Source: Rhynchobatus australiae (taxonomy: Eukaryota). Taken from it: DNA of 64,000 bases. The stretch lies in NCBI GenBank assembly GCA_034780895.1, contig JAUZTB010000083.1, positions 3,932,019 through 3,996,018 on the forward strand. The letters run 5' to 3'. Each line of letters begins with the position of its first letter. Positions within the stretch are counted from its first letter, which is position 1. Below, piece by piece: positions 28,312 to 42,363 of this stretch. Below the pieces are notes generated by a model. That model ran no database searches. It saw nothing but the letters and a program-made list of their open reading frames with translations, and was not told the DNA's origin. Made by a program: the position numbers and the translations under genes.

Positions 28312-28693
28312 ATGAGAGGAGACATGATAAAGGTATACAAAATATTAAAGAGGAATAGATAGAGTGGACAGCCAGCGCCTCTTTCCCAGGGCACCAATGC
28401 TCAATACAAGAGGACATGGCTTTAAAGTAATGGGTGAGAAGTTCAAGGAAGATATCCAAGGAAGGTTTTTTACCCAGAGAGTAGTTAGGGCATGGAATGC
28501 GCTGCCTGGGGTGGTGGTGGTGGAGGCAGGTACGTTGGTCAAATTCAAGAGATCGCTAGATTAGCATATGGAGGAATTTAAAATAGAGGAATATGTGGGA
28601 GGAAGGGGTTAGATAGTCTTAGGCAAGGTTTAAAGGTTAGCACAACATTGTGGACTGAAGGGCCTGTATTGTGCTGTACTGTTCTATGTTCTA
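28312..28693 (+). mobile_element. Young CR1 LINE 3' end
   Basis: DSQRLFPRAPMLNTRGHGFKV..FFTQRVVRAWNALP; GTTCTATGTTCT tail; same subfamily as 3633-4040 and 52728-52841. Confidence 0.9.
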
Positions 28694-29459
28694 AGGGATT
28701 GCATGGGGCAGGAAAAACACCACATTTTAAAGGACATGCATTATCCTTGAAGAGCTGAGACCTGCTGATCTACAGACTTAGTGCTGGAAGGTGGGATATG
28801 GTTGATTATCCTTCTTTTCACCAGCATGTTCATGAGCTTGAGGGGAATTAAAAACATTTATATCTTAGATATATCTGTAACTTTTTTTTGCTTTTCGTAT
28901 TTAATGTGCTTCAATTTTATGCATCAATTAAGTCTCTTCACATTCTCTATTCCAAAGAAAACATATCCAGCTTAACCAGCATTTTCCCTGCAACAATTTT
29001 CCAGTCATAACAATGTCTGTGTAAATCTCCTCTGCACCCTCACCAGTATTGTCATTTGTCCCCAGTTGCCATGATGGATTTTAAGCTGTCTTCAGGTCTG
29101 TGGATTGTTAATCCAGCAAAAGTCACTTGAGCATTACGCTAAAGATATTAATTGATAATTATTCTTTTGGGGTTATAACCCTTGATCAGTGGTGGAACCA
29201 AGAACAGATCTTGCCTAAAATTTATTTGAAACCCAATATACGCCAGATGATTCCAAGGTTGACTTGGTTTTCATCGGTCCAACATGGATGTGCTAAAGGC
29301 TCTCTAGATATGTCAGCACTTGCAAGGGAGTTCTTGATGTAGAAAACTTGGAAAAAATCATTTTTTGAAAATGGTTAGAGTGATGCTTCACAGATGAATC
29401 CTAAACTCTGGGCTTTAATAAAGTGAATTGTTGTCTCCAAGGTACAGAAATGCCACTGA

Positions 29460-29696
<237 letters not shown>

Positions 29697-30199
29697 TAGT
29701 TGTTAGAGCTATGTAGTGTTATAAGTAGTATTCATAGTAAACCCTAAAGTAATCTATGATGTAATTCTGCAAATGCTTATGCTACAGATAAATCAAACTA
29801 GTCACCTAACTGCCGGTATGTTTCATGCAAAGTTAGCACCCTTGTGGATGTGTATTCCTCCCACTTCACTGGCAGGGTGAAGGGATGGTCAATAGGTTCT
29901 CATTGACACATGGAAGGGTTACTCCCTGTAAAGGGATTCAGTCTTTCCATGTTTAGATATAGTCAGATCTGCTGTATATTTCTGGCAGTTTTGATTTCCT
30001 ATTTCAGATTTCCATTTTATTTTATCCATAGAATTGGCATGCATCTGATATTTTAGAATCGCATTGTAACGGGAATAACCATCAGGCAAAGGCAGATGGG
30101 CTTCAGTTTTTTCCTCAAGGAGGCTGCGTGATGAAATAGAAGCCTTCAAAATTTTGAACACACTTGGGGAGGTTATTTTCCCAACAGGAAACAAGGATA

Positions 30200-31870
30200 A
30201 ATGGGTTATTTTCATGTTTGTAAGCTATAACTAATGGAGGCTATCAGGATGGGTGCTAGAGTCTCTACAATTTCTACTAATGATATAAGAATTAAGTGCG
30301 CTGTATCCAGGGTTGGCAATACCTGTGCATCCAATACACAGTGTAAAGTGTTAGCAAAGAGTATGTTNNNNNNNNNNNNNNNNNNNNNNNNNNNNNNNNN
30401 NNNNNNNNNNNNNNNNNNNNNNNNNNNNNNNNNNNNNNNNNNNNNNNNNNNNNNNNNNNNNNNNNNNTGTAAAGTGTTAGCAAAGAGTATGTTAAGACTT
30501 CATGAGAGCCAACTGATTACCCTTTCATATAAGGGTACCAATTTTGCATGAGCTGTACCTGCTGTTAAGTGGCAGATGGAGAATAATGTAGAGATTGTAA
30601 GGTTATCTCTCTGGTAGGAAGAATATGAAAGCAGAATGCTATTTAGGTGGTGTGAGGATAATGAATTCTGGTGTCGAGAGATATGGGTCTCCTTATGCTA
30701 CAAACAAAGGGTGCAGATGCAGCAAGTGATTAGGAAGGCAAATAGCATGTTGGCCTTTATTACAGGAGGAAGAAATGCAAAAGTTGTGAAGTCTTACAGG
30801 GATAAGTCCACACCTAGAATAATGTACAATTTTAGCCTCATTTAAGGAAGGTTATATTTTGCTTTAGAGTTCATTAGATTCATTCCTTTTTTTATTCCAA
30901 AATAAAATTTATTCCTCAAAAAAACAAACTATATACAACAATAAAACAGAGCCAACCTTTACATTCGTGTATGGATCCATCATTAGTGTAACCTTTTTAT
31001 ATAAAAAAACACAGCACCGATGCCTCTCGTGTAGCTCCCTGGGATGCTACCCGAACCCCATATTTACAATATTTAAGGGGCTTTCTCGTCTGACCCCACT
31101 CCTCCCTCTCCAGTGGCAGAAGAATCCTAAACTGTAGTCCTTCCCCACTCTGCCCTTGTGTCGGCTGCACCCAGCTTCAGTGCATCCCTCAGCACGTACT
31201 CCTGCAGCCTGGAATATGCCAGTCGGCAGCATTCCCCTATGGACATCTCACAGTGCTGGGAGACCAACAAGTTTCGGGCAGACCAAAGGGCGTCTTTCAT
31301 CGAGTTGATGACCTTCCAGCAACAGTTGATATCTGTCTCTATATGTGTCTCCGGGAACAGCCTGTAGCTCACAGAATCCTCTGTCACACAGCTGCTGGGG
31401 ATGAAACGGGACAAGGACCCTTGCATCTTTCTCCACACCCTCCTCGCAAACCCGCAGCCTGCAAAGAGGTGGCGAATAGATGGAGTAGATTAGGCTAATA
31501 CTCTGAAATTTAGAAGAAAGTCGATCTTCCTAAAGGATATAAGATTCACATTAAGCTACAGTGATGGTTCCCTTTCACAGGGCTGTAACTCTTCAGAATT
31601 TTCTACCCTTGAGACCTATGGATGCCCAATTATTATGTTCAAGACTGTGATTCTTAGACTAGANNNNNNNNNNNNNNNNNNNNNNNNNNNNNNNNNNNNN
31701 NNNNNNNNNNNNNNNNNNNNNNNNNNNNNNNNNNNNNNNNNNNNNNNNNNNNNNNNNNNNNNNCCCCCCCCCCCCCCCCCCCCCGTCAGAGGAAAGTGGA
31801 AATAGGCTGGTGATCAGATCTGCCATGATTTTATTGAATGACAGTGTAGGCTTGAGTGACCAAGTGGCTT
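30200..31870 (+). mobile_element. Decayed CR1 LINE split by a Tx1 insertion
   Basis: QVIRKANSMLAFI before 30885; CR1 resumes at ~31481. Confidence 0.7.
30886..31480 (-). mobile_element. Tx1-clade (L1 group) LINE 3' end, 5'-truncated
   Basis: HLFAGCGFARRVWRK zf-RVT tail, KDALWSARNLLV, stop at 31127, 3' UTR, AATAAA and poly(A) (T-run at ~30887). Confidence 0.8.
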
Positions 31871-32539
31871 ATAAGGCATATATAATAATCACTGTATCCA
31901 GTGGCGAGTTCAGGTAAATCTACTTTATCCAGAGGGTGGTGAGGATATGGGAATCTATCACATGGCAATTGAATGAATGGAATAGACATATTTAACAAGA
32001 TAAGTACCCAAGGTAGAAAGTCCAACAGGATGAGTACCCAAGGTAGAAAAAGAAGATTATATCAATAGGTTGAGATGAGATGTCCATGAATTATTAACAT
32101 CTGGCATAAATCAATTGGTTTGTTTCAACGCTGCCAAATTCTATGTATGTAATTCTGTACTTTAACCAGGCTTGGTGTGACAGAAGCAATGTGGGATCTT
32201 CTGGTATCTTGACATTGCTACAGTCTAATTTATAGTCAATACATTGCAGAAATAAATTTGCAGGTATTTTCTTTTTGCCAGAATAAAATTTTACAGCTGA
32301 AACAGGGTACCATTTGGTAAAGTAAAGTGCTAGTGACCTACTAGGTATTGCCTAATAGTCAGTAGCATAGCACAATGTTACTGATTTCTGCTGCTCTGAA
32401 ATTAGACTAGGTGCCATTTAACTCTCTGAAATTCCAGAGGCATAGCTTGCTTCAAGGATCAGAACCTCTTTTATCTCTTAAATTTTTTTCGTGTGTGGGT
32501 GTGCATTTATTTACATTGCTGTCATGTTCTATTTCCTAG

Positions 32540-32680
<141 letters not shown>

Positions 32681-34299
32681 TAGTTTTTTTTACACCAAAA
32701 TTCTTTGCAGTACCCTTCAAACAAAAGATAATTATGAACATTTCAAAATAACGCAAGGACTCGAGCTGAGTTGGCATTGGAGGCTTAAAGTCTTAAAATG
32801 TTGATTCTAAGAAGTTTGAAGTGGGCTGCATGATTGTATGAGCTGATTGTTGGTGTGTGTACTTGACAGTTCATCCCATCCAATGTGGCTTCTGACTGCC
32901 ATGTCAATACTTAACTAATTAAAACTGAATGCCTGTACGTAAAACCAAATAGACCCTGAAGATGCCCAACCTCCTGATTTCACTCATTTGGAATAAGGTC
33001 ACCTGGAGTTTATCAATAATAATGTTCAAAAAATTAAGTAAAATGGAATGTTCTATGCTTAATTCTTATTTGATGTCATTGTTTCTCCTGTAATGCTTGT
33101 CTGACTGTTGTTACATTGATGTAAGTGTGTTCCCTATTATTTTTAATGGAAGGAAAATGGGGCAAGAGGGAGGGTTCTGTCAGTTAAAATAACATCTCTA
33201 AGGCAGAGGGAGAGAAACCCACCCAGTTCATTTTCAATATGATCCTAACTTTTAACAGTTGAATTTCATAGCTTATCACTGTTGATTCTGCCTTGATATC
33301 TGTACTGTGGGAGTTTTTGCTTTTGGCTACATGTCAGATTTCAACTGCGATGATTTCCAAATGTATTTCAAGGTATTGATGCGTCATTAAGAATTTTGCA
33401 TCCATGACCCCTCGTATTTAGATTTGTCTATCAATATCAATCACAGCAGCAATTGTCTTTTTTAAAAAGGTCCCAGCTTTATTTAACTATCCAAGGAAGC
33501 TGAGGGAAAATGGAAGGTCAACAAATGTGCTTTTGGCTGTGTACCAGAATGCAGAAATTTGTTTGAAATACTGTGGCAGCGTTTCACAATGTCTGCTGAG
33601 TTCCAGCTGTAGATAAGAACCAGACTGATCAGGCGTTGTCACTGAAAGTTATATTCACTTTTTATTGTAAATTTATGATTATATTGCACACAAATTCCAA
33701 AAGGGCATTGTTCATAAGGTGTTGAATATAACAGTTATCAGTGAAACTTGCAGACAAAAAAGAAACCATTGTGCCTATGTCAGTGCTCCCAGCGATTGTC
33801 CAATTAGTCCTAATCCTCTAGCGTTTTCCCCATAACTCTTAAAAGGCAACATTTTTTGTAAGAGATCCAGTCCCTTTCAGAATGGTACTATTGAATCTGC
33901 TTCCATGCCCTTTTAGGGCAGTGCATTCCAGCACAGACACTCCTCGCCTCTTCCCTGGCTTTTTTCCCCAATGACCTTAAATCTGTGTCCTCTGGATACT
34001 GAATCTCCTCCCTGTAGGAAACAGTTTCTTTCCGTTTGCTCCTTCAGAACCCTTTATAATTTTGAACATGTCTCTACCCTCAATCACCTTTGCTGTAATA
34101 GGGGAAATGGTCCATACTTTACTGTCTCTCCACATGTGGCTCAAGTCTCTGATCCCTGGTAATATTCTTGTAAACCTGCTATTTGTTTTTCTAACGCCTG
34201 GTCCTTTCTGTAGTGTGGCATTTAAGTCTGTGTTCGGTGATCCAGCTGAAACCTATCCATCACCCACGCTGTCCTCCCACTGGTTCCCTGCCCCCACTA

Positions 34300-34655
34300 G
34301 TTCCATCTGCCCTCCCCATCTCCCTCCCTTTATTCCATGCTCCATCTTCCTCTCCCATCATCTTTAGCCCTCTGTAGCCTCCACATCACCTCCCAGCTGC
34401 TGGCACTATTTTCTCTCTCTCCCCCTCCCCATTTATCACCCTTCTCACCTGGATTCATCTATTGCATGCTACCTCTTGCTCCACCCCTTCCTTCCACCTT
34501 TTTATACTGGCTATCTATCTTTCAGTCCAGATGAAGGGTCTCGACCCGAAACGTCGACTGTCCATTTCCCTTCATAGATGTTCCCTGACCCATTGTTCTT
34601 CCAGCTTTTTGTGTGTTGCTCCAGATACCAGCATCTGCAGTCTGTTGTGTCTCAA
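34300..34655 (+). mobile_element. Penelope terminal repeat with hammerhead-like motif (second copy 34951-35312)
   Basis: Pyrimidine-rich leader, then GATGAAGGGTCTCGACCCGAAACGTCGACTG ... CAGCATCTGCAGT. Confidence 0.8.
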
Positions 34656-35518
34656 ATCAATGTTTAAAACATTCATCAAAACTTGTTTTCTTCTGCACAA
34701 GATCAAAATGCTGTGATATATAAAAATTCTCATGCAGCATCTGTGAAGAGAGAAAGTGTTATCTCATTATCTCGTTCCTTCCCTCTGTTTATAAAGCCTC
34801 TGTTTTAAAAGATGTCTAGTTCTGTCACCATCAAAAGGCTATCTGAACCTTGCTCCCCTCCCCAGGTCTGTGTCCGTAAGTTCCCTTTAAAATTGTGCTC
34901 TCTCTCCACATGTAGCTCAAGTCTCTGATCCCTGGTAATATTCTTGTAAACTCCCAGCTACTGGCACTATTTTCCCTCTCTCCCCTCCCCATTTATCACC
35001 CCTCTCACCTGGNNNNNNNNNNNNNNNNNNNNNNNNNNNNNNNNNNNNNNNNNNNNNNNNNNNNNNNNNNNNNNNNNNNNNNNNNNNNNNNNNNNNNNNN
35101 NNNNNNNNNNNNCCATTTATCACCCCTCTCACCTGGATCCATCCTATCACATGCTACCTTTTGCTCCTCCCCTTCCTTCCACCTTTTTATACTGGCTATC
35201 TCCCCTCTATCTTTCAGTCCAGGTGAAGGGTCTTAACCCGAAACATCGACTGTCCATTTCCCATCATTGATGTTGCCTGACTCATTGAGTTCCTCCAGCT
35301 TTTTGTGTGCTGCTCGTTTCTAAAGCCTGATGTCCTTTCTATAATGTGGCACCTAAGTCTGTGTTCGGTGATCCAGCTGAAACCTATCCATCATCCACAC
35401 TCTCCTCCCACTGGTTCCCTGCCCCCACTAGTCCCAGTTTATACTGCTCTTCATTTTTCCTTCCAATTCATGGGGAGAATGAAGGACAAAGAAGAGTGAA
35501 ATATCAAGTTCTTGTTAA

Positions 35519-35830
<312 letters not shown>

Positions 35831-37869
35831 TGAAAGTAGCCCTCCTTTTTGAAGGTTAAAAAGAGGTGCTGATTTCTCCATTAGAAGCATTACTGGTTCT
35901 GGCTGTAAAATTCTCCTACAGTGCTCCTTCATTCTGCCATATAAAGATTAAATTACAATGTACTCATATGTTCTAATAAAAGTAGATTTGAATGTGGGGA
36001 CAATGATACAAACATGAGATTAATGGAGGATTCATGTAAATGGATGTTTGGTCAGTACAGACTCTGTGGGCCGAAGGGCCTGGTTCTGTGCTGTTTCTAT
36101 TTAGGATTCTGTCCTTGGAAAGAAGTGGTGCATTTTGTGCTTCAGGGTGGATATGAAATAAACAGATTGGTCTGTGAAATTCAGACTAAACCATGAGTTG
36201 AGACTGATGTATTTCTTGGGTATGTGTGTATGTTTACAGTAATTCTCTCTCAGCAGTTGTCATAGTAATATTAACCTGAGTGCAGCAAGGTCAAATTTCT
36301 TTAAAAGCAGCATCTGCTTATTTCAGAGTAAGAGCAAGGGAAAAGAGCTAGTCAGTTAGAAATAACACTGATAAGTGTGTAAAAGCTGTATGAAGGTAAA
36401 GGTAGCAAGTAGAGTGGAAAACCAGCAGATTTAGTAATGGGATTTTTTTTTGAGCAATTGGTAGCACAGTGGACAAGTAGTAATCCTGAGACATGAGTTG
36501 GTGTTTGGGAGATACCAGGTCAAATTGCACTGTTGCATTACATTCAGTTATATAAGCAGTCTGAAATAAAACAAAAGCTGTTATCAGCAGTGTGACCAGG
36601 TTGTCATAAGAACTCTTTTCATTCAAGACAAAGGAAGCCTTCCTTGCTGCTCTGCCCTACATGACCTTGACTTGACTGCCCTCTGTGAAAAGGCCCAGCA
36701 TGCTGGTCATCTGTTGCCAAAACAGATTGATGAAGCCATAACAACCCAAAATCCACTTGTACACTAGATTTGGGCACAACTAAAGTGCACCCAATTCCAT
36801 TGACCCTGACCTAAATCAGGAGAGCAAGTCCACATTCCAGTCAGTTGGCAAACATTCTCACCTTTACATAAACTCTGTATAACCTGTCCAATCGGCAGGA
36901 TAGACTCGCCAGAGGTTGTTGTGCAGCGATACACATCTGAAATGAACTGGCTGAGTGAATTCTTAACATTGGCTCATGTGAACTCTCATGGAATTCATCA
37001 AACACAGGCAAAGAAACCCAACCTATCTCCCTCGGTTGATGAATCAGTACTTGGTTGGACACCAAGTTCCCCACCCTGAATGTAGAATGGAACTTAATGT
37101 CCAATACCATGGGAGGCTCTATTTTTGATAGAGACAGCCAAATCCTGAAGATTAGGCCCTTGGCAGCCAATAAGAAAACCAACATTTGACCCCTGATTTG
37201 GAGTGACCAAAGGTCTTTGGAAATAAAGACCTGTCTTTGCACAGGACTCCTGCCATCTCATTGTACGGCAGCATCACTTCGGGATCGATGTCAAAAAAAA
37301 ATCTGGAAGTTCAAAACTCACCACATGCATGAGGTGCTCTGGAGCACCAGCCGATGTATTCCATCACAGTCTACAATGTCATCTGGTTGATGGCTCACTG
37401 TACCATGACTGTCAAGCCAAGGGAGCAATTCTGGTTCAATAAGAACTATAGCAGGATAAACACCAGGTATACCTGAAAATGAGGTGCCTTCCTTATGGAA
37501 CTGTAACACAATCACATGCATATTAAGCATGTTTACAGCCATGCAATCCCACAACCAACAAATGAGATCCAAGCTTAGCAATCCTACCACACCCGGTTAC
37601 AAAAGTTGGTGGGCAGTTAAATAACTAATGGGAAGGAGAAGCTTCATGTAAATTCCCATCCTATAATTGTAAATCACGATACGTAAGAGGAAAAGATAAG
37701 TTCGGGTTTGCCACTAGTGTCCACCTAACTATCTGGAAGATTGCCCACACGCATCTTTTCCACAAAAAGCAAGACAAATCTAACCTGGTCAATTAATTCT
37801 GTCAATCAATGTTTAAACATCAGCCAAGTTGTGAAAGGGGTCATCATCAGTGCTGTTCACGATATCCCA

Positions 37870-38240
37870 TTCCCTGTAGTACATTGATTGATATTGGGCT
37901 TATCGAGACTGAGACTGATGATACAGCAATGCCTTTAAATCCCACCATGGCAGCTGATGTGCATTTAAATTTAATTAAATTTACTCAAAGGGGAAAGCTT
38001 ATTAATGGTGCCCAAGATGCTTGAAAAATTACCATAAAGTTTCATCTGTTGCATTAATGACATCTTAGGATAGAATTGCCTCCTTATGTGGCCTAGATGT
38101 GACTTCAAACCCACAGTATGTGATTGATACTTACTGCCCTCTGAAATGGTTTGGTAAGCAACTACCTTGAAGAGAAATTAAGGGTAGTCAATAAATGCTA
38201 GACATCAGCAACATCCATATCCCATGAAAGAATAAATAGA
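37870..38240 (+). mobile_element. SINE whose 3' tail resembles that of the second LINE family (related copies ~36450-36700, 47570-47840, 55460-55690)
   Basis: AAATCCCACCATGGCAG head; TGCCCTCTGAAATGG; CAATAAATGCT...CCCATGAAAGAATAAA tail. Confidence 0.6.
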
Positions 38241-39414
38241 AAAAAGTTTTCAGGATAGATATTCCTATATAGGTTGGTAGAAAGTTCAGTGACTTTAATA
38301 CAGCGGTGAAAAATGACGTGTATTTCCAGGTCAAGATGCTGTCCAACGTAGAATTGGTACTTATGTCCTAGTTCTTCTAGGTGAAAGAACTTGCATAGTT
38401 TGGGAAGTGTCAGAGAAGACTTTGCATGATTCTGCAGTACATCTTGAAAATGGTGTTTGCTGCAACCTCAGTGACAATAATGGAATGAATGAATGTTTAA
38501 CATGGNNNNNNNNNNNNNNNNNNNNNNNNNNNNNNNNNNNNNNNNNNNNNNNNNNNNNNNNNNNNNNNNNNNNNNNNNNNNNNNNNNNNNNNNNNNNNNN
38601 NNNNNATGTTTAACATGGTGGATGGGAGGCTGTGTAATAGTTATTGCCTCGGCTCTTCAAGTAGACTCTTTCCTGAGCAAAGTGAGTTTTGCTCTATGAT
38701 AGACCCTCTGCTGTGAGTGACATGCCCCACCCCACCGTCAATTCATTGGCTGATGCATGGTGTCAATAAAGACACATTGTAAAAATAGAAGCCTAAATGA
38801 ACATCCCATATTAGCTGTGTTATATTTGCAACATCACATTGAAGGGAAAACACTTCAATGACTGGAGATGTACTGATTCTGTCAGTGACCTACCTGTCGT
38901 CATAAGTTCAGAAGTGGGGATGTGCAATCATCAGCAAACAATGTTCCATTTCCATTCTCAAAAGAAGGGGGTATACATGTATCCAACAATACCTAGTCAA
39001 CAATCAGTCATGTGCTGATGAGCAGCAAGTTACAATTAAGCTGCAAAAGTGCTAGATATTCCAACAAAAGAGAATCCAACAATCTACCCACGACATTCAA
39101 TGGCATTACCCTTGCCAATTCCCTCACCATCAATATTTGGGACTTGACATTGACCAAAAATACAACACCAGCCAAATCTTGTGGCTATAAGAGCAGGTTA
39201 GAGACTACGTATCCTGTGGCATGTCACCATCTGACACTGCGAAGCCTTTCCAATGTTTCCAAAGCACAATGCAGGATAATGAAATGCTATCCACATGTGA
39301 ATGGATGTTGCTCTGACAATTCTCAAAGCTCAACACCACCCTAAAAAAAAGCAGTTGCCTTGATTGGTACCCTATTCACCAATTAAACATTCATTCCTTC
39401 CACTGCAAGAGCAC

Positions 39415-40015
39415 AAGCAAGTAGTAGGCCACCTGGTTATTCCCTGCCATGCAATATCATGGCTGATTTGCCCCAGGCCAGTTCCACCTAGCCATCAATT
39501 CAAAAATCTTTCAAAAATCTATCTTCCTCTTTAAATACCTTCAGTAGTATACCCTCCACTATACCCTAAGGAAGAAAACTTCAAAGATTCACAATTGCAA
39601 GAAGATTTTAAATTTAAATATGAAAAAGATATATGCACCTAAATTTTAAATGATTTATTCCATTATCTTGAAATTATGTCCCCTCATTCAAGCCTTTCCT
39701 ATATAATTGCCCTCTGGAAAGGCCTGGCATGCCAATCACATTGGAAACAACTCAATATCTACCCGGTCATGCCCTCTTAGGATCTTATACATTCTTCTAA
39801 ACTCCAAAGAATAAAGATCTAACTTTGTTAGCTATTCATGATAGGACAATCTTCTCATTCCCAGGAATTAACCTAGTGAGCCTTTCTGTCTAGACTGCCT
39901 TCGATGCTAGTACATCTTCCTTAAATAAGGAAACCAAAGCTGATGCATTACTCTCAGTGCCATCTTGCCCATTTGTAACAATACTACTCTATTTCTATAC
40001 TCTGACCCCCCTTGC
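39415..40015 (-). mobile_element. Decayed CR1 3' fragment
   Basis: Reverse-strand similarity to the CR1 post-RT/UTR copies in this window. Confidence 0.6.
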
Positions 40016-40849
40016 AATCACTGCAGTGTGTACTATCTACTACGTGCACTGCAGTTACTTCAACAGCATCTCTCAAACCTGTGACTTTTTCCACCAAGGA
40101 TCAGCACTGCTGATAGTCATTGCCATTTTGAATACAAATTGACAAAGCAGACAACAGCCAGAAGATTCCACCCACCTGCAACTTTGTAGATTCTCTGTGG
40201 CACAGTGACTAACAGAATAGTCTAATAGTCATGCCACCCACGGCAGACGGTGAAGCAAAATAAGATGCATTTGTCTTTCTAATTTGTTCTCTTGGATTCA
40301 GAATTTCCTTGCATCCATTGCCTTGATATTCCCTGTGGATTCTCCATAAGCTGCTTGGTGTGCAGAAGAATGAAACACCATGAAATGTTGCCTTTTTCCC
40401 ATTAGAATGCATATTACAGAGTAATAGTAATAGAAATTATTCAGATGAGGAAACAATGGGTCTGCATAAATGGAAGCGATGGTTTAAATGATGTACTACA
40501 ATTGGTAGCATATGCATGATAAAGATGAAATGCTGCTAAGCATTTGGCAATCCAAGCACAATCTGTTTTAACAGAAATGGTTGATATTTTGAAGATACAG
40601 AGCAACTATTTTTAAGACCTTACAGAGCTAAGGAAAAAGTGTGGGTGGGGATTAACTGTAAGAGGAGAGAAGAGTGAAGTTCTGTGATCAGGACAGGCAG
40701 AGCAATTAGATAATAAAATAAAAGTGGGTTTGGCACAAGTAAATAAAATGTGGGTCCAAAGGAGGTGCAAGCCATGTCAGCAGAATAGTGGTCAGAGGGA
40801 ACAGATGTGTGGGTGGTATGAGTAGGAAAGTAAAAAAAAATTGACAAGG

Positions 40850-41430
40850 ATTCTGTGGTGTTAACCACCTCACTGGGCTTGTCATTTGAGGAACCTCATC
40901 CCAGCACCAGCCACATTTCTGCTCTGGCACAGAAATCCTCCGCAGGCACCACCTTCGCTCACATTCTCTCAGCTCCAACAGATGTTGCCAGACAGCCCTA
41001 TCCTGAGCATGTTGCCATACTGATCACAGTCATAGACTGGAAATTGTGAGGGCACCCTCAACCATGCGGGTTCACATCAACCATGTTTGCTCCTGATGTC
41101 AGCTCCAACCTTGTGATACATCTTTGAGTAAGACGAAGGTATGGTCAGCTGAGGTGTCCACCTGTGCATTGTGTTCAAAAGTGAAATGTCTGGACCTTGG
41201 CCACTTTTTCACTCGTCGGATCTCTCCGTTGGTAATATGCTTGAAGTGGCAGTCGAAGGTCTGTCACTAGCACCAGTGGTCGAGTACATCTGTTTCCTGT
41301 ACAACCACAGTCAGCAGCCATCTCAGAACACCACAGATGGGTTACGGTGGTGTATCTTTGTTGCCATTCTAATGCTGGACAGCTATATCCGTTGCGCTGT
41401 CTCAAGCACACTAGCATGGTTGAGATTAGT
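40850..41430 (-). mobile_element. Ancient frameshifted Tx1-like fragment
   Basis: Broken ELT..KH.DV..MVEGAL...ATC..GC...HLL pattern across frames. Confidence 0.35.
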
Positions 41431-42030
41431 TTTTAAATTTTACTCTGTACAGGGGAAAAAATAAATATATGCAACAAGGCAAGAACTCAAGTGACCCAAT
41501 CCAAGTTACCTACTCCAGCATATCTAGCCTAGCCAAAGATTTGGGTGCATTGCAACTTCTTGCAGACAGTAATGAATCTCTGGAGTTTTCTACCCCAAAG
41601 TGTTCCAGGGGACTAGATCCCAGTTGCTGAGCCAGCTTCTGTTCTCTATGGTGGTGGGAATGATGACATAGAAGCAGACTGTTTCAGACATTGAGGACTC
41701 AGGTACTGGACTGTATGCAAAAGATTTAGCATAGAAGATGAGAAAATTCAAGCAAGTTCACTTCCAACAATGGTGCTTGATGCACAAGCTATGTTGGTGG
41801 TTATGCCTGGGTGTGTAGGAATCGGGTGAATAATATCAGTAGGCTCAAATGGCAGCATTAATACACAAGGCTGAGTACATATTGTTTCTATTTATTATGT
41901 ATTTACATTTTAATAATTCAGAAATTAAATAAAAGATTTATATATGTAACTGAAAGGGCTCTGAGTATTGGTTTAAATACATTTAATTTGCTTTTATAAA
42001 CTGTTTCTGGTCTTCATCCAAGATCTCTGA

Positions 42031-42363
<333 letters not shown>

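Noticed and set aside
31764-31784. Poly-C run of about 21 nt
   Set aside because: At a contig edge; homopolymer length is unreliable and may be a sequencing artefact
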